DNA of 64,000 nt from Flectonema sp. DT1601 (GCA_964019425.1 OZ025793.1:1054001-1118000); one strand, 5' to 3'; shown: positions 21,662-33,275, counted from the first letter of the stretch. Program-made: numbers and translations. Notes: generated by a model from the sequence alone, not told the origin.

Positions 21662-22816
21662 ATGTTATCTACGACTCTGTTGAGTGCTGTGGGTGTTGTC
21701 AGCAACTCTTTTCTTCTGCAAAATGCTGCTGATGAGGGTGTGCACTATCCTTGGGTGGGACTTGGCACAGGTGGATACGGATTTAATGTCTCAGTACCAA
21801 AGCCAGAGTGTTGGGCAGAGACAAATGGATGTGGAGAAACAGCTGAGAAAGCAATTGATTTGTGGTTGAAATTAGGAGGTAAGCGTATTGACGACGCTGA
21901 TTCTTATTTTCATCAAAACTACACTGGAAAGGCTCTGGCAAAGACAACTGTTCCTAGAGACCAATACTTTTATTTATCAAAAGTTGGACCATCTAACTCA
22001 CTCGGCTACAACGATACCCTCATGCAGGTAGACGCTATGCTTCACCAAACTGGACTTACTTATGCTGATGCGATCTTAATCCACTGGCCAATCTCTGGAC
22101 AGCAGGGATCAATTGCTCCAAAACCATCTACAGATCCATTTTGTCAAAACGATAAGCCAACATACAATGAAAAAAACTGTCGCTTAAGCACATGGAGAGC
22201 CCTTCTCAAGGTTTGGAAAGATGGTAAGGCTCGTGCTGTGGGAGTGTCAAATTTCAATGTTACACACATTCAGGAGATTATTGACGCTGGGTTACCACTT
22301 CCAGCTATCAACCAGAGGCCATACAACCCTCACAGGTCTGGAAGCTCAAGAGACATCACTGAATTCTGTAAGAAACACAACATTCTATTCAACGGTTATT
22401 CTCCTTTAGGAACACCAGATATTGTACAGAATGGAGGTTCAAGAGGTGCTCATCCCTTCCCTCCATCTGTAGGTACTCCAACATTGCTCGAGGAGCCAAT
22501 TTTGAGACCGATTGCGAAGGCTCACGGAATTACTGCTGCGCAGGTTATTCTTGCTTGGCATTGGGCTAAGGGTATCCCTACCAACCCTCGTTCAGTAAAC
22601 AGCACTCATATGACACACAATTTGGAATCACAAAGTGTAGTTCTCACTGATGATGAAGTCGCTCAAATTGATACTCTAAAAGAAGATTGGTGTGATCTTG
22701 ATCCTACTTGGTATGAATGCGCTGCTAGAAATGGAATCTGTCCCCCACAATGCTGCACTACTCCTCCTTGCCATGCCGAGGCTGATGGCAGCTGCTGTGG
22801 TTCAGCTGACGAATAG
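21662..22816 (+). CDS. Aldo-keto reductase with probable signal peptide and Cys-rich tail
   Basis: VGLGT, RIDDADSY (Asp/Tyr), LSKV (Lys), LIHWP (His), ARAVGVSNF, GYSPLG, AQVILAW, NPRS. Confidence 0.9.
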   Translation: MLSTTLLSAVGVVSNSFLLQNAADEGVHYPWVGLGTGGYGFNVSVPKPECWAETNGCGETAEKAIDLWLKLGGKRIDDADSYFHQNYTGKALAKTTVPRDQYFYLSKVGPSNSLGYNDTLMQVDAMLHQTGLTYADAILIHWPISGQQGSIAPKPSTDPFCQNDKPTYNEKNCRLSTWRALLKVWKDGKARAVGVSNFNVTHIQEIIDAGLPLPAINQRPYNPHRSGSSRDITEFCKKHNILFNGYSPLGTPDIVQNGGSRGAHPFPPSVGTPTLLEEPILRPIAKAHGITAAQVILAWHWAKGIPTNPRSVNSTHMTHNLESQSVVLTDDEVAQIDTLKEDWCDLDPTWYECAARNGICPPQCCTTPPCHAEADGSCCGSADE

Positions 22817-23476
22817 AATGTCAGCTGTTTTACTTTAACTAACTTTATTACCCTTTCGCGTCATTTGCACGAATAGAGATAAACCTTATTTCGTTTCTTA
22901 TATGATGGTCACTACTTGTGAGGTCGATTTGTTTATTAGTTTTCTTTTTGGTAATCGCGTCTGAAGAATGTGAGAGCCGCGATAATATTTTCGTGTGTTC
23001 AATTTTATGAAAAGTTAGTGATCAGGTCCGATTAGTACCGGTGTTTCTTTTGCTTTTCTCTCTCTTTTTTATTATTGTTTACTGCTATGGTGCGTACAAA
23101 CACATCAGATTAAATCTCTGACCTTTTTGTACCTCCTCTTTTTTATAAAAAGACTTTGTTGCTATTGACAATAGTGTTAACAGCAAGCAAGGCAAACCAG
23201 CTGCATTACCGTTATCGTGCTTAGAACAAAAGCTCGATATTTTGTTTGTGGTGCTGTCTGTCTGTCTGTTTTTTTTTCTCTACGATCGTTTATTTGTTGT
23301 TTACACAAATGTGTTCCAATAAGGATCGCGTTGTGATTGAATTGTTTCTTTATGATGTTGTAAATCACTAATCAACTCTACAGAAACCACAATGGATATT
23401 TATCGTTCTGTAGTAGTAGTGGTGATGCTGAAAAACATTTTATTTTTAAAACAGTTTATCACTTTAATCGTAAATC

Positions 23477-25702
23477 ATGGCTGAGGGAGCGTGGTCATCA
23501 TACCAACAGAAATCACCAACACTGAGAGCTCTTCAAGAGATGAGTGTCGACAGCGCGGTTCCAAGATACGCTGCCACGTCTGAAAGTCCGAGTGTCAGGT
23601 CATTGATGGGAACATCACTTTCTGCGCCACCTGTTGTACCAAAATATGGAAACTTTCAGAGTGTGTTAAAAGATAGTATTCCTCTACCACAACAACAGAC
23701 TTCTGCTGGACCAGTTATTAATAGTTCAGTGAGACAGCTTTCACCATCAAGAAGACCAATGAGCCCACCAGTTGGGTTAACAAGTCCTTCAATTCCAAAT
23801 CATCAACTACCTCCAGTTCCTCCTCATGCTTCTGCGTCTCCTGCGCAAATGATGGCTCTGCAAGACGAGTCGCAGGCTGCTGTGAAGGCAGCTGAAAATA
23901 CGAAAATGTTAGTAACGATGCAGCACCTGAATGACAAGGCGAGGATCGACGAGCTTGAAAAAAGACTACGTTCTTTGGAAACTATTCCGGCGGCGGCGCA
24001 GCCACAGGGGGCAGCACCACATCAACAAATGGTATATCAACCAATCGCAGCACAGACTTTAACACCTCCTGTGCAGGGACTAGCCCCATCAACACCCCCT
24101 GTGATGACACTGGCACCAACTCCAGTAGCGGCAGCAGCAGCAGCAGCTCCCATCCAAGCTGCACCTGTTTTACAACCAACAGCTGGCAGTGCGAATTTGG
24201 AGTCGACGAACATCAGCAACTTGTTGGCTTCTCTTCAAAAGGAAGTATCTGAACTTCGTGAAGATCACAATACTCTAAAAGAACAATGTCGTGAACTACA
24301 TTCTGATCACAGTGAGTTACTAGACTCTCATGAAAATTTAAAATCGCAGTGCTCTAACCTACACACTGAGTTACAGGAAAGTACTTGCGAAGCCGCAAAG
24401 ACGGAGAAATCACTGAAACAACTTGAAGAAGTTCACGAAGCATTACAAGAGCAATGCAGGGAACTTCATACGGAGTGCACAAGTTTAGAAACCAGTCACG
24501 ATAGTCTTAAAGAAGAGTGTAGACAATTACACACTAATGTTGAGGAGTTAGATCATGACTTTTCTAAGTTAAAGAATGACTGCGGAGAGCTACACACCAA
24601 CCACGAACAACTGGAGACCAACTACGAGGGTTTAAAGGAACAGTGCAGAGACCTACACAGTGAAGTAGCATCACAACAAAGTGTAATTGATGAAGTGAAG
24701 GGTGAAGCAACAAAAGCAATTAGCATGGCCACTGAAAGTGATGAAAAGAATGCCGCGAACCACCAGGTGACTCAGAATGAGATGACATCTATTAACGAGA
24801 AGTTATCTTTTATTGAACAAAACATTGCTGAAGCTTCTGAAGCTGCACAAAACACTCTTCAGCACAGCATTCAATCATTACAAGAAGGAGCTGCTAATAT
24901 GTCTGAAGAGACAAAGATGTCTGTTGAAGTTCTAACACGAGCATTAGAAGCCAGTACTACTTCTCTGAAGGAAACAACAGAAAACTTAACGACTCTAAGA
25001 GAACAGTGCAGTGATCTTCAATCAGGTCATGAAGAGTTACGTACGGAGTTTGAGTCACTAAAGTCTCAATGCACTGATCTTCACAGCGACCAGTTAAAGT
25101 TAGAAGGTGCTGTTGGCGATCTGGATAAGAAGCAAGATGAAGAACGGAAAGAAATAGCTGACAAACTTGATGTTTCTGAAAAGGAACTCAGTTCTCAAAT
25201 TGAAAAGATTTCTGAAGCCCTTCGTAAAAATGACATCGGCGCAGTTCTAAACCTCCGCAATGAAACTGAACGTAACCTTCAAGACCAACAACACAAGTAT
25301 GAATCATTAGCTGCTCAATTGGATGCATCACTGACGGGATTATCAGCAACTAATACAGCACTTCAAAGACTTAATGACAGATTGAATTATGTAGACGAAG
25401 CTCTTGATGGTTTGCGGGGAGACAAAAAGCAACACATTGCCCTGTTGCAACAGAAGCAGCAACAGCAACAACAACAACAACAACAACACCAACCAGGATT
25501 AGTCCAACATCAAGGACAGACAGGACCATCGTACAATAGGTCGCTGTCACCTCAGCGACCAACTGTGTTGGCGTTGTCTGCTGGGATGCCTTCAGGAGTA
25601 CCACCAACTCCACTTGTTAGTGGAATCCTCCCTCAGCAAACAGCTGATTCTCGTGTTCGTGAGCTTGAACGTCGTCTTGGCCTTCCCAACTACTCTGTTT
25701 AA
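23477..25702 (+). CDS. Coiled-coil protein with 21-aa Cys/His repeats, Pro-rich N-terminus and poly-Q
   Basis: Eight LxxxCxxL(H/Q) units; CAA/CAG tract at about 25448-25487. Confidence 0.85.
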   Translation: MAEGAWSSYQQKSPTLRALQEMSVDSAVPRYAATSESPSVRSLMGTSLSAPPVVPKYGNFQSVLKDSIPLPQQQTSAGPVINSSVRQLSPSRRPMSPPVGLTSPSIPNHQLPPVPPHASASPAQMMALQDESQAAVKAAENTKMLVTMQHLNDKARIDELEKRLRSLETIPAAAQPQGAAPHQQMVYQPIAAQTLTPPVQGLAPSTPPVMTLAPTPVAAAAAAAPIQAAPVLQPTAGSANLESTNISNLLASLQKEVSELREDHNTLKEQCRELHSDHSELLDSHENLKSQCSNLHTELQESTCEAAKTEKSLKQLEEVHEALQEQCRELHTECTSLETSHDSLKEECRQLHTNVEELDHDFSKLKNDCGELHTNHEQLETNYEGLKEQCRDLHSEVASQQSVIDEVKGEATKAISMATESDEKNAANHQVTQNEMTSINEKLSFIEQNIAEASEAAQNTLQHSIQSLQEGAANMSEETKMSVEVLTRALEASTTSLKETTENLTTLREQCSDLQSGHEELRTEFESLKSQCTDLHSDQLKLEGAVGDLDKKQDEERKEIADKLDVSEKELSSQIEKISEALRKNDIGAVLNLRNETERNLQDQQHKYESLAAQLDASLTGLSATNTALQRLNDRLNYVDEALDGLRGDKKQHIALLQQKQQQQQQQQQQHQPGLVQHQGQTGPSYNRSLSPQRPTVLALSAGMPSGVPPTPLVSGILPQQTADSRVRELERRLGLPNYSV

Positions 25703-26388
25703 GAATACAAATAAATAAATAATTTTGAAAGTGAGACACAAATAATCTCAGAGTAGTGTTCATAGATCTGTTCCTGTAATGAGTTTGTTTTTATTTCCAT
25801 TCTGTTGGAACCAACTACCTTCCTTTTTATTATTTTGTCTAGGGTTTATCTCGGCTATATGGGGAGCAGTTACTCTCATTTATTTGTGTTTTTATCTGAA
25901 TATCCCCACCCGTTGGATAGCCTCCAATAGCTTAGAGATGGATGGGAAATGTATGTAAAGTATCAATTCATATTATTTATTATTTCTCTCTCTTTTTTTT
26001 TCTTCTTTTCTAAAAAAAGAATATTTCGGGTTTGCGTTTTCCAATAAATTTATGTTGCTAACAACGATACAATTCCCGTTAACTGTAACTTTTGTCTGTT
26101 TTCATTTTCTTGTTGATTGATTCCCAACTGTAACAACTACTTTTTTATATTTATTATTTTTTTTATTTCTTTCGTTCAACATTCCAACTATCGGTCTTCT
26201 TTGGCAACTCTTTGTTGACGAGGCTTTTTTTTATAGGGAATATAGCAAATTTTCCGAAAAAAAAAAAAAAATACCTTTGCATATTCTCGTTTTTTGTACA
26301 TCTTCATATTTTAGATTTTGAAAAAAAAAAAAAAAACAACTATCCCCCTGGACAATAATTGTTCCTTGGTGCTTTTTCTTGTTTTCGT

Positions 26389-26422
<34 letters not shown>

Positions 26423-26725
26423 ACATTTTAGATGGAAGAGGAAATGTCATAATATGTATTAAAACTTGTTTCGTAGCTGCTGTATATGTACCCAATTAAG
26501 TAACACGTTGTTAGTGAGTGATTATCTTATATCAAAGGGTTATTCATCATCTTAATCGTTTCCAGATATAAAAAATATGCTTTTAGGAGAAATCCATTAT
26601 TCAATATTTTTCATTGGGTGCTTACAGTGTTTTTATTTATTGATTTCACAGCCCTCCACCCCCCCGGTCAATACCTTAACTCATGCCATCGATTTGAGCA
26701 ACTTAGAAATTAATATAACGGGACA

Positions 26726-29431
26726 ATGGATGAGGCGAAGATACGAGGAGTATTCAAGTTGCCCAGCGGTGAGGTATTTGTTGGAGGTAAGATATGGGGA
26801 ACCCCACCACTGTGCGAGTGTACCAGAAGAGGAGGAGGAAAATTATGGATGTTTAGAAAATATTTTGGTATAGAATTTGAAGACGGCCAAGCACCTGAAC
26901 TTTTTAAACTAACCAGAGTACACCTTGAACCATCATGGAAAGTTTATATTCAAAAAAATTCATTTTCAGTACCTCCAGTGTGTAATGCAGAACTTCGTAT
27001 TGTACCCGTCAACGACAGTAAAATCCCTTCAAGTGTTGTATTCACCGAAGGAAAACTCGGATGGGAAGCTAGCCGAGCAATACAATTCCTCTGGCAAGCC
27101 TGTAATGATGAGCTCAGCGAGAAAGCCCAAGCTCATATCTCATGTAATAAGTTCTATGACGTGATAACTACATTTTCAAAATTACCACTTGAGGAACACG
27201 TTACAGTCATATCTGGAAGTGAACGTAAATCTGGCAAACTACTTTTAAACATCGATGGAGCTATACGAATCTTATCTATGCGTGGAGATAATTTATACAA
27301 TATTCTTCTTGACGATATTATAAATATAAAATCATCAGGACAAGACATCATACTCTCAGTACACACAAAGTCTGGTACTAAGAATATAACCCTCTCTGGA
27401 ATCAGCAACGTTGATCACGTTAAAGACATCCTTCTTAGGAATTGGTGTCTGGTTTGCAATACTGAAGTTAATTTTAAATTACACAACAGAGAACATGTGA
27501 CGAATGACTTTTGTCCTTCACCTGCGAGGAAAAGTAGGAATTCAGTTTTTATGGCTCGCAGTAAAGAGATTCCTGACACTGTATGCTTCTCATTGAAAGA
27601 AGTTTTTTCATTGTTAGAAACGTTTCAAACTATCGACTCTGATGGGAATGGTGTGATTGGAAAAGAGGAATGGATTGCTTCATTAGGACCGGTGTTTAGA
27701 AATACACAAATCCCACACGCAGTTTTTTCAGTCTTTGATCATAATAATGATGGAAGCATATCATTCCCTGAATTCTTATTCGGCTGTAGAATCCTACATC
27801 TGGGTTCGTGGGAAGACCGTATTCACTACCAATATAGAATATTCGACCCCAAGGGTACTGGATGGATGACTTTTGAACATTTTGTTGGAATCGCAAAAAC
27901 ACTTAACGAAGTAGTCGGTCTAAACATACCAGGTGGTAACGTATCAGAATACTGCAGAGCTGTTTTTTCACACCTCGATGTCAGAAAAAGTAATAAAGTA
28001 GATATCACTTTACTACGGGACACTCTCCAAGAAGATCCATCTTTTTCACAAGCATTTGAAGGACTCGCATTAGCTAGAGAGAGATCTTTCAAACAGAGTA
28101 AGGAACACAACGGTCATCTTATTTGGTTTGGTCAAATTAGAAATAAAAAATCACAATGGCTAGAATGTACTGCGATCTTAATGGGTATAAAACTATCAGG
28201 AGATTTTAAAGCGAAATTACTTGAAAAGCAGGGACCGCCTCCGAAGAAGAGTTCGGCGTTCATTTCTAGTTTTACAGAAAAAGTGAAATGGGAGATTGGT
28301 TCACAGAAGGTTTACACGGGAAAGTTAAAGAAAGTTCCGTTAAAAGGACATCATCCTCAAAATGGACATGCTCTTAACAGATATGAAAGCTACTTCGTAG
28401 ATTACAACCCTCGAGTCTTTCTAGCTATCCAACAACGGTTTGGGATAACACCCGAAGAATACAAACGGAGTCTTGGAATTGAACAGCTTCAGTCCAGTTT
28501 ACTACTTGGGTCATTATCAAATTTAAGTAGCATGGCATCATCTGGGAAGAGTGGAGCTTTTTTTTACATGTCTCACGACGGTAGGTTTATACTAAAAACT
28601 ATTGATAAAAGGGAAGCTAAAATCCTAAGAGACTTCTTACCCGCTTACTACGATCATGTGATGGATGACTCAAATGATGGAACACTACTAACGAGGTACT
28701 TCGGATTACATTTATTGTGGATTGTGGGAGATCCTAAATACTTCTTAGTAATGGATAATGTTATGCAACCACAAGAAAACTACGCAATTCAAATCAGATA
28801 CGATCTGAAAGGATCAACGGTTGGCAGGTCGACACCTGTTGCCAGCAGGGGTAATAACGTCGCACTCAAAGACCTCGATTTCAAAAGAAAACTACAACTT
28901 GATGGTGACATGCGAACCCGTCTAATGCAACAAATTCGACAAGACTCGGGACTCCTTCACAGGAATCACTTAAACGATTATTCACTTCTAATTGGAATTC
29001 ACACCTCTGAAACACCAATTGACCCACCCGAGCACTATGATGAGCGAGAGCCCTTTTTCCGCCGTTTTCGAGGTGGTATGCTCAGCCGTGATCGACGTGA
29101 GATATACTATGTTGGGGTGATTGACTTATTGACTCTTTTTGGAGCACGTAAAAAGGGTGAGTACGCTGTAAAAACTGTGTGGTATCGAACAGGAAAAGTC
29201 TCATGTGTCCCACCTGAAGACTACAGAGAACGTTTCGTACAGTATGTTGAAAGTATATTTCCTCCTCTTATTCACCTATCGCGGAGGTCAGTTAGTCCTT
29301 CTGCTGAATTATCAGCTCCAGCGTATATGCCAGTTAGGCAAACTACGACAGCTTCAAGTGTGAATTTAGATTTCTTTTCATCTCCAACGAAGAGAGAGCC
29401 TTCTTCATCGTTCCCATCGTTCCCGTCATAA
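26726..29431 (+). CDS. EF-hand-containing phosphatidylinositol phosphate kinase (PIP5K family)
   Basis: EF-hands: DSDGNGVIGKEE, DHNNDGSISFPE, DPKGTGWMTFEH. PIPK: GKSGAFFY..DGRFILKT, VMDN, YDLKGS, LKDLD, DYSLLIG, GVID. Confidence 0.92.
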   Translation: MDEAKIRGVFKLPSGEVFVGGKIWGTPPLCECTRRGGGKLWMFRKYFGIEFEDGQAPELFKLTRVHLEPSWKVYIQKNSFSVPPVCNAELRIVPVNDSKIPSSVVFTEGKLGWEASRAIQFLWQACNDELSEKAQAHISCNKFYDVITTFSKLPLEEHVTVISGSERKSGKLLLNIDGAIRILSMRGDNLYNILLDDIINIKSSGQDIILSVHTKSGTKNITLSGISNVDHVKDILLRNWCLVCNTEVNFKLHNREHVTNDFCPSPARKSRNSVFMARSKEIPDTVCFSLKEVFSLLETFQTIDSDGNGVIGKEEWIASLGPVFRNTQIPHAVFSVFDHNNDGSISFPEFLFGCRILHLGSWEDRIHYQYRIFDPKGTGWMTFEHFVGIAKTLNEVVGLNIPGGNVSEYCRAVFSHLDVRKSNKVDITLLRDTLQEDPSFSQAFEGLALARERSFKQSKEHNGHLIWFGQIRNKKSQWLECTAILMGIKLSGDFKAKLLEKQGPPPKKSSAFISSFTEKVKWEIGSQKVYTGKLKKVPLKGHHPQNGHALNRYESYFVDYNPRVFLAIQQRFGITPEEYKRSLGIEQLQSSLLLGSLSNLSSMASSGKSGAFFYMSHDGRFILKTIDKREAKILRDFLPAYYDHVMDDSNDGTLLTRYFGLHLLWIVGDPKYFLVMDNVMQPQENYAIQIRYDLKGSTVGRSTPVASRGNNVALKDLDFKRKLQLDGDMRTRLMQQIRQDSGLLHRNHLNDYSLLIGIHTSETPIDPPEHYDEREPFFRRFRGGMLSRDRREIYYVGVIDLLTLFGARKKGEYAVKTVWYRTGKVSCVPPEDYRERFVQYVESIFPPLIHLSRRSVSPSAELSAPAYMPVRQTTTASSVNLDFFSSPTKREPSSSFPSFPS

Positions 29432-29560
29432 GAGATTGCTGTCTGATGTTTGTGTTTTAATTACTCTCACATGGCAGAAATCTCGCCATCTGCGGGACAC
29501 CTTTTCTCGTAGTTTCTCCGATAGCCTTTCCGGCAATAAATTTGCATTGAGTTCGATGCG

Positions 29561-29591
<31 letters not shown>

Positions 29592-30389
29592 AATAATTAT
29601 CACCCCTCGGTTGCAAAAAAAAAAAAACAAAAAAAAACAAAAAAAAAAACATAAAATCTTCTTGTCCTTGTATAGAACGAAAAAAAAATAATAAAAAGAG
29701 TAGGAAAACGTTAAAAAACAGGTTCTCTTTTAAGGAGAGACCAATTTTACTGAAGTACTTTATTGTGCGACATATTCAGCTGTGTAAGTTGGGAATTATT
29801 ATTATTTTTTTTTTTTTAAAAAATATTCTTTGTTTTAATACTTCAATGCGTCATAATGGTTCTTTGGATTGTATACCGCGGCGTACTTAACTTGAACTGC
29901 CTGCAAAACCCTTTTTTTTTACTCTTCTGAAAGCTTAGATCAAGCCCCCCCAGGCAATGTGATCCCAACATACTTCAATAATTGCATAGTAAATTCATTG
30001 TTGTGTACTGTAAATTTAAAAAAAAAGAAAAACAATAAAAAAAAAAAATGAAATTGAGGGGGAAAAAAGAAAAAAAAAAAAAAAAAAAAAAAAAGTTGGA
30101 GAACGAAATTTGTGAAAGAAGAAAGCTATTGTTCCTGTATAATTAAACAAAAAAAAAAAAAAAAATAATAATGGAAAAAAAAAAAACTTGTGTCTCAATC
30201 TCCCTGTTCCCATGACGTTGTTCTTCGAAGTGATTTATAATAATTGATATAAATTGATGTTTTTAATAAAACAGAAATTTACTTATAATATGATGCTCTC
30301 TAAGAAGTTAATTATGGTTGAAAACGATATATAAATTAACTTCTAATTATTTCAGTGAATCCATGACGTGACCTCCTCACAGTACCAAA

Positions 30390-32627
30390 ATGACAGACGT
30401 TGTAATCTGGAAAGGTAACGAAGAGAGTGAAAAATGTGATAACATTTCGTGTGGAAGAGCGTTCTCCCTGCTATCAAGAAGACACCACTGTAGGAACTGC
30501 GGAGGACTATTTTGCAACAGCTGTACTCAGCAAAAGATAACAATACCAAAAGGTGAGAGTAGTAGGAGAAGAAAGGTCTGTAAAGAGTGCTATACTAAAT
30601 GTCAAGCAAACTTAGCCGTTCCAAGAGGCCTGGACAGTTATCACTGCAGTTGTTGTATTCGATTGGGTGGTAGTAGAGCTGAACTTGTTGCTGCTGGTTA
30701 TACTGTTCATGCTGATCAGGTTGCTGAAGGATGCTCTTGGAAAGTTGTGTCTAATTCCCTAACATCAAATACAGCTTATTACTTATTAGTTAGTGTCGGA
30801 GACCCATCACCTGAAGCAGCGCTCGAAACAATGTTTGATAATGGAATGCGTGCAATTGAAACACACAATGGAATAACAATTCATGGTGCTATGTATAGTT
30901 TAATACAATCACAATTACGACATATTGAATGTTGTATTGAACAGCTTCCTAAACAGTCGACATTTCCCAAACACGTTGTGTTTACTGGTTTTGGTATTGG
31001 GGGATCCCTCGCAACGATTGCCATGATGGAGGTATCCGCAACTCTCTCAAATAGTTCATCATATGTTCTTGAAGCTTTAACATTCGGTGCTCCTTCATTC
31101 CTAGCAAGTGAACTGACAGATAAACATAAGAATCATGGACCTGTACAGAGAAAGATTACTAATTTTGTTCTTAATTTCGATCTCATTCCGAGAATGCTGT
31201 CGCTATCGGCTGAAAAGCAACGCGACGTGCTGAAGCATCTCGAGCATTCGGGAAAGAGTGTTCGTGATACAGGTCCTATTTATTATCCAATAGGGACTAT
31301 TGTATTTATACAATGCTCTACTGACCTTCCATGTATTAGTTTGAGATGTAGTTGTGGTGTTGTACAACCACATGCTGCTGCTGCTCCAAGAAACGATCCT
31401 GGGATGAAATTGCTACAATTCCTACCTCTTGAGAAGTTTGCTGATATTTCTATTCCAAAAGCTCTTTTTGATCATAATCTAGGGCTGTATTCTGCTTCTG
31501 TCCGTCTTGTTGCCAAAACTGGTTGGGGTTGCTTGCCCTCTAAGCACTCTCCTTCACACAAGAATCATCATCATGGTAGAAACTTATGTAAAGGAATGTT
31601 CTACAATACTTCACAAAGATCTGTTCATGTTATATCACCTGATAACTCAATAGAAATAAAACCACATCAAGAGAGTTCCTTACAAATAGCAGATAATAAA
31701 GTAGTGCTTGAAGCAGGTGGGACTGGTTCTTGTCTTGTTGATATTGAAGGAACTAGTTCAGTAGTTGAATTAGATGTGAGAGTTAGAATGATGCAGCATT
31801 CGTATATTTCAGCTCCAAGTAAGTCGTCGAGTTTATCATCGACATCACCACCGGTATCGCCATCTGGATCATCGCGTACGCCACGAACTAAAGATTGCTG
31901 TGATCTGTTCTTTGAAGTAGCAGCCGGAGATGTGTGTCACTGCCCGTTCATTATAGATTCATCACACATCTATCCAGTTTGTATACGTATTTCTAGAGGA
32001 CTACTGATAATCGTTTATCATAATCCTGGAAGACCAACCATCTGTAAACCATTACGAACACTTGATACTTTAACAACACCAATAAGGTTTAAATCATCAA
32101 ATACAGATGTCTGGTCAGTCATAATGAGATTCTCATATGAAAACAATCAAAAACAATACATCAGAATCTGCTTCAGAGAGAGTAGCCAAGCTTGTCAACT
32201 ATACGATTTATTAAAACACCTTGTAGTAGCAACTACAGAGTGCGATGAAACAATCATCTCATTAAGTGATGTAAACGTATTCGTGAATGGTGATAGAGAT
32301 TTAGAATCCCTCAGCAGTTCTTCTACCCACTCAGAAATAGCACCATGTATGGTGCAATATAAAGGTGATTCTTGTTCTTGGAGTTTAACAGCAAGCCCCG
32401 TTCTCGGAACAGTTATTTGTCGATATAACAATGAATGCTATAATAATCCTGAACCTGTGTATGACGAAGATGGAAACTTCACTCGTGCGCCGTCTGCAGC
32501 AGCAGCTGATCGATGGTTGGCTTTGCACTGTCTGAGTCACAACATTGCATCACAAAACCTGCCTGTTTGGAGATGTGAAGTTACCGATTCTGAATACCCA
32601 CCTTTGATTGAGATGCTTGGAAAATGA
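30390..32627 (+). CDS. FYVE zinc finger plus class-3 lipase-like domain (probable pseudoenzyme) and possible PH-like domain
   Basis: FYVE: RRHHCRNCGGLFCNSC...KVCKEC. Lipase_3: IHGAMY, VVFTGFGIGGSLA, TFGAP, DLIPRM, DH. Confidence 0.85.
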   Translation: MTDVVIWKGNEESEKCDNISCGRAFSLLSRRHHCRNCGGLFCNSCTQQKITIPKGESSRRRKVCKECYTKCQANLAVPRGLDSYHCSCCIRLGGSRAELVAAGYTVHADQVAEGCSWKVVSNSLTSNTAYYLLVSVGDPSPEAALETMFDNGMRAIETHNGITIHGAMYSLIQSQLRHIECCIEQLPKQSTFPKHVVFTGFGIGGSLATIAMMEVSATLSNSSSYVLEALTFGAPSFLASELTDKHKNHGPVQRKITNFVLNFDLIPRMLSLSAEKQRDVLKHLEHSGKSVRDTGPIYYPIGTIVFIQCSTDLPCISLRCSCGVVQPHAAAAPRNDPGMKLLQFLPLEKFADISIPKALFDHNLGLYSASVRLVAKTGWGCLPSKHSPSHKNHHHGRNLCKGMFYNTSQRSVHVISPDNSIEIKPHQESSLQIADNKVVLEAGGTGSCLVDIEGTSSVVELDVRVRMMQHSYISAPSKSSSLSSTSPPVSPSGSSRTPRTKDCCDLFFEVAAGDVCHCPFIIDSSHIYPVCIRISRGLLIIVYHNPGRPTICKPLRTLDTLTTPIRFKSSNTDVWSVIMRFSYENNQKQYIRICFRESSQACQLYDLLKHLVVATTECDETIISLSDVNVFVNGDRDLESLSSSSTHSEIAPCMVQYKGDSCSWSLTASPVLGTVICRYNNECYNNPEPVYDEDGNFTRAPSAAAADRWLALHCLSHNIASQNLPVWRCEVTDSEYPPLIEMLGK

Positions 32628-33275
32628 TTTATCCGACTTCCTGATATTTTTTTTTTTTTTTTTGTTTTTGTTTCATTTTATTTGATTCGATTACTGATTG
32701 ACTTCTCTCACTACGTTGGGGTGAAATTAGTCAGAAACAATAATACATTAGTTGCTGACGAGGGTTGTAAAATTCACACGGTCGACACTATCCTATCGTT
32801 CTGTTTTCAGGAAGTCTTATCGCAAATCATTGACCACGCACTAGTGCGCACAAGTTTTCTTTCTTTTTTTTTTTTAAATTTCAATCGTGTTCCAGGTTTC
32901 ATCCTTTCATTTACTTCTGGCCATTTGTTTGTTTTCCCCCTGATTGTGTTACTGTGCAATAACCCTTTTCCTTCCTCCGAATCTGGGGAAAAAAAAAAAC
33001 GACTTCGTCTCTATGCCTTCTCTTTTGTCTGATTCGAAGCAAAAGTAGTGCCGGTTTTTGTTCTTTTTACCGACTGGTAGCATAGAAAAAAAAAAAAAAA
33101 AAAAGTGAAATAAAATATAAAAAAAGACGCTAAATTATTGTTGTCTTTTCAAAGAGTTTTTTTTTTTTTTATATGACATTGTTGTTTGCTTTTTTATTTT
33201 ACTTTCTCTCCTCCACAGGACCTTAAAGAAAAAGAAAAAAAAACTGAAAGTGAAAAATAAAATAAAATAAAAAAC

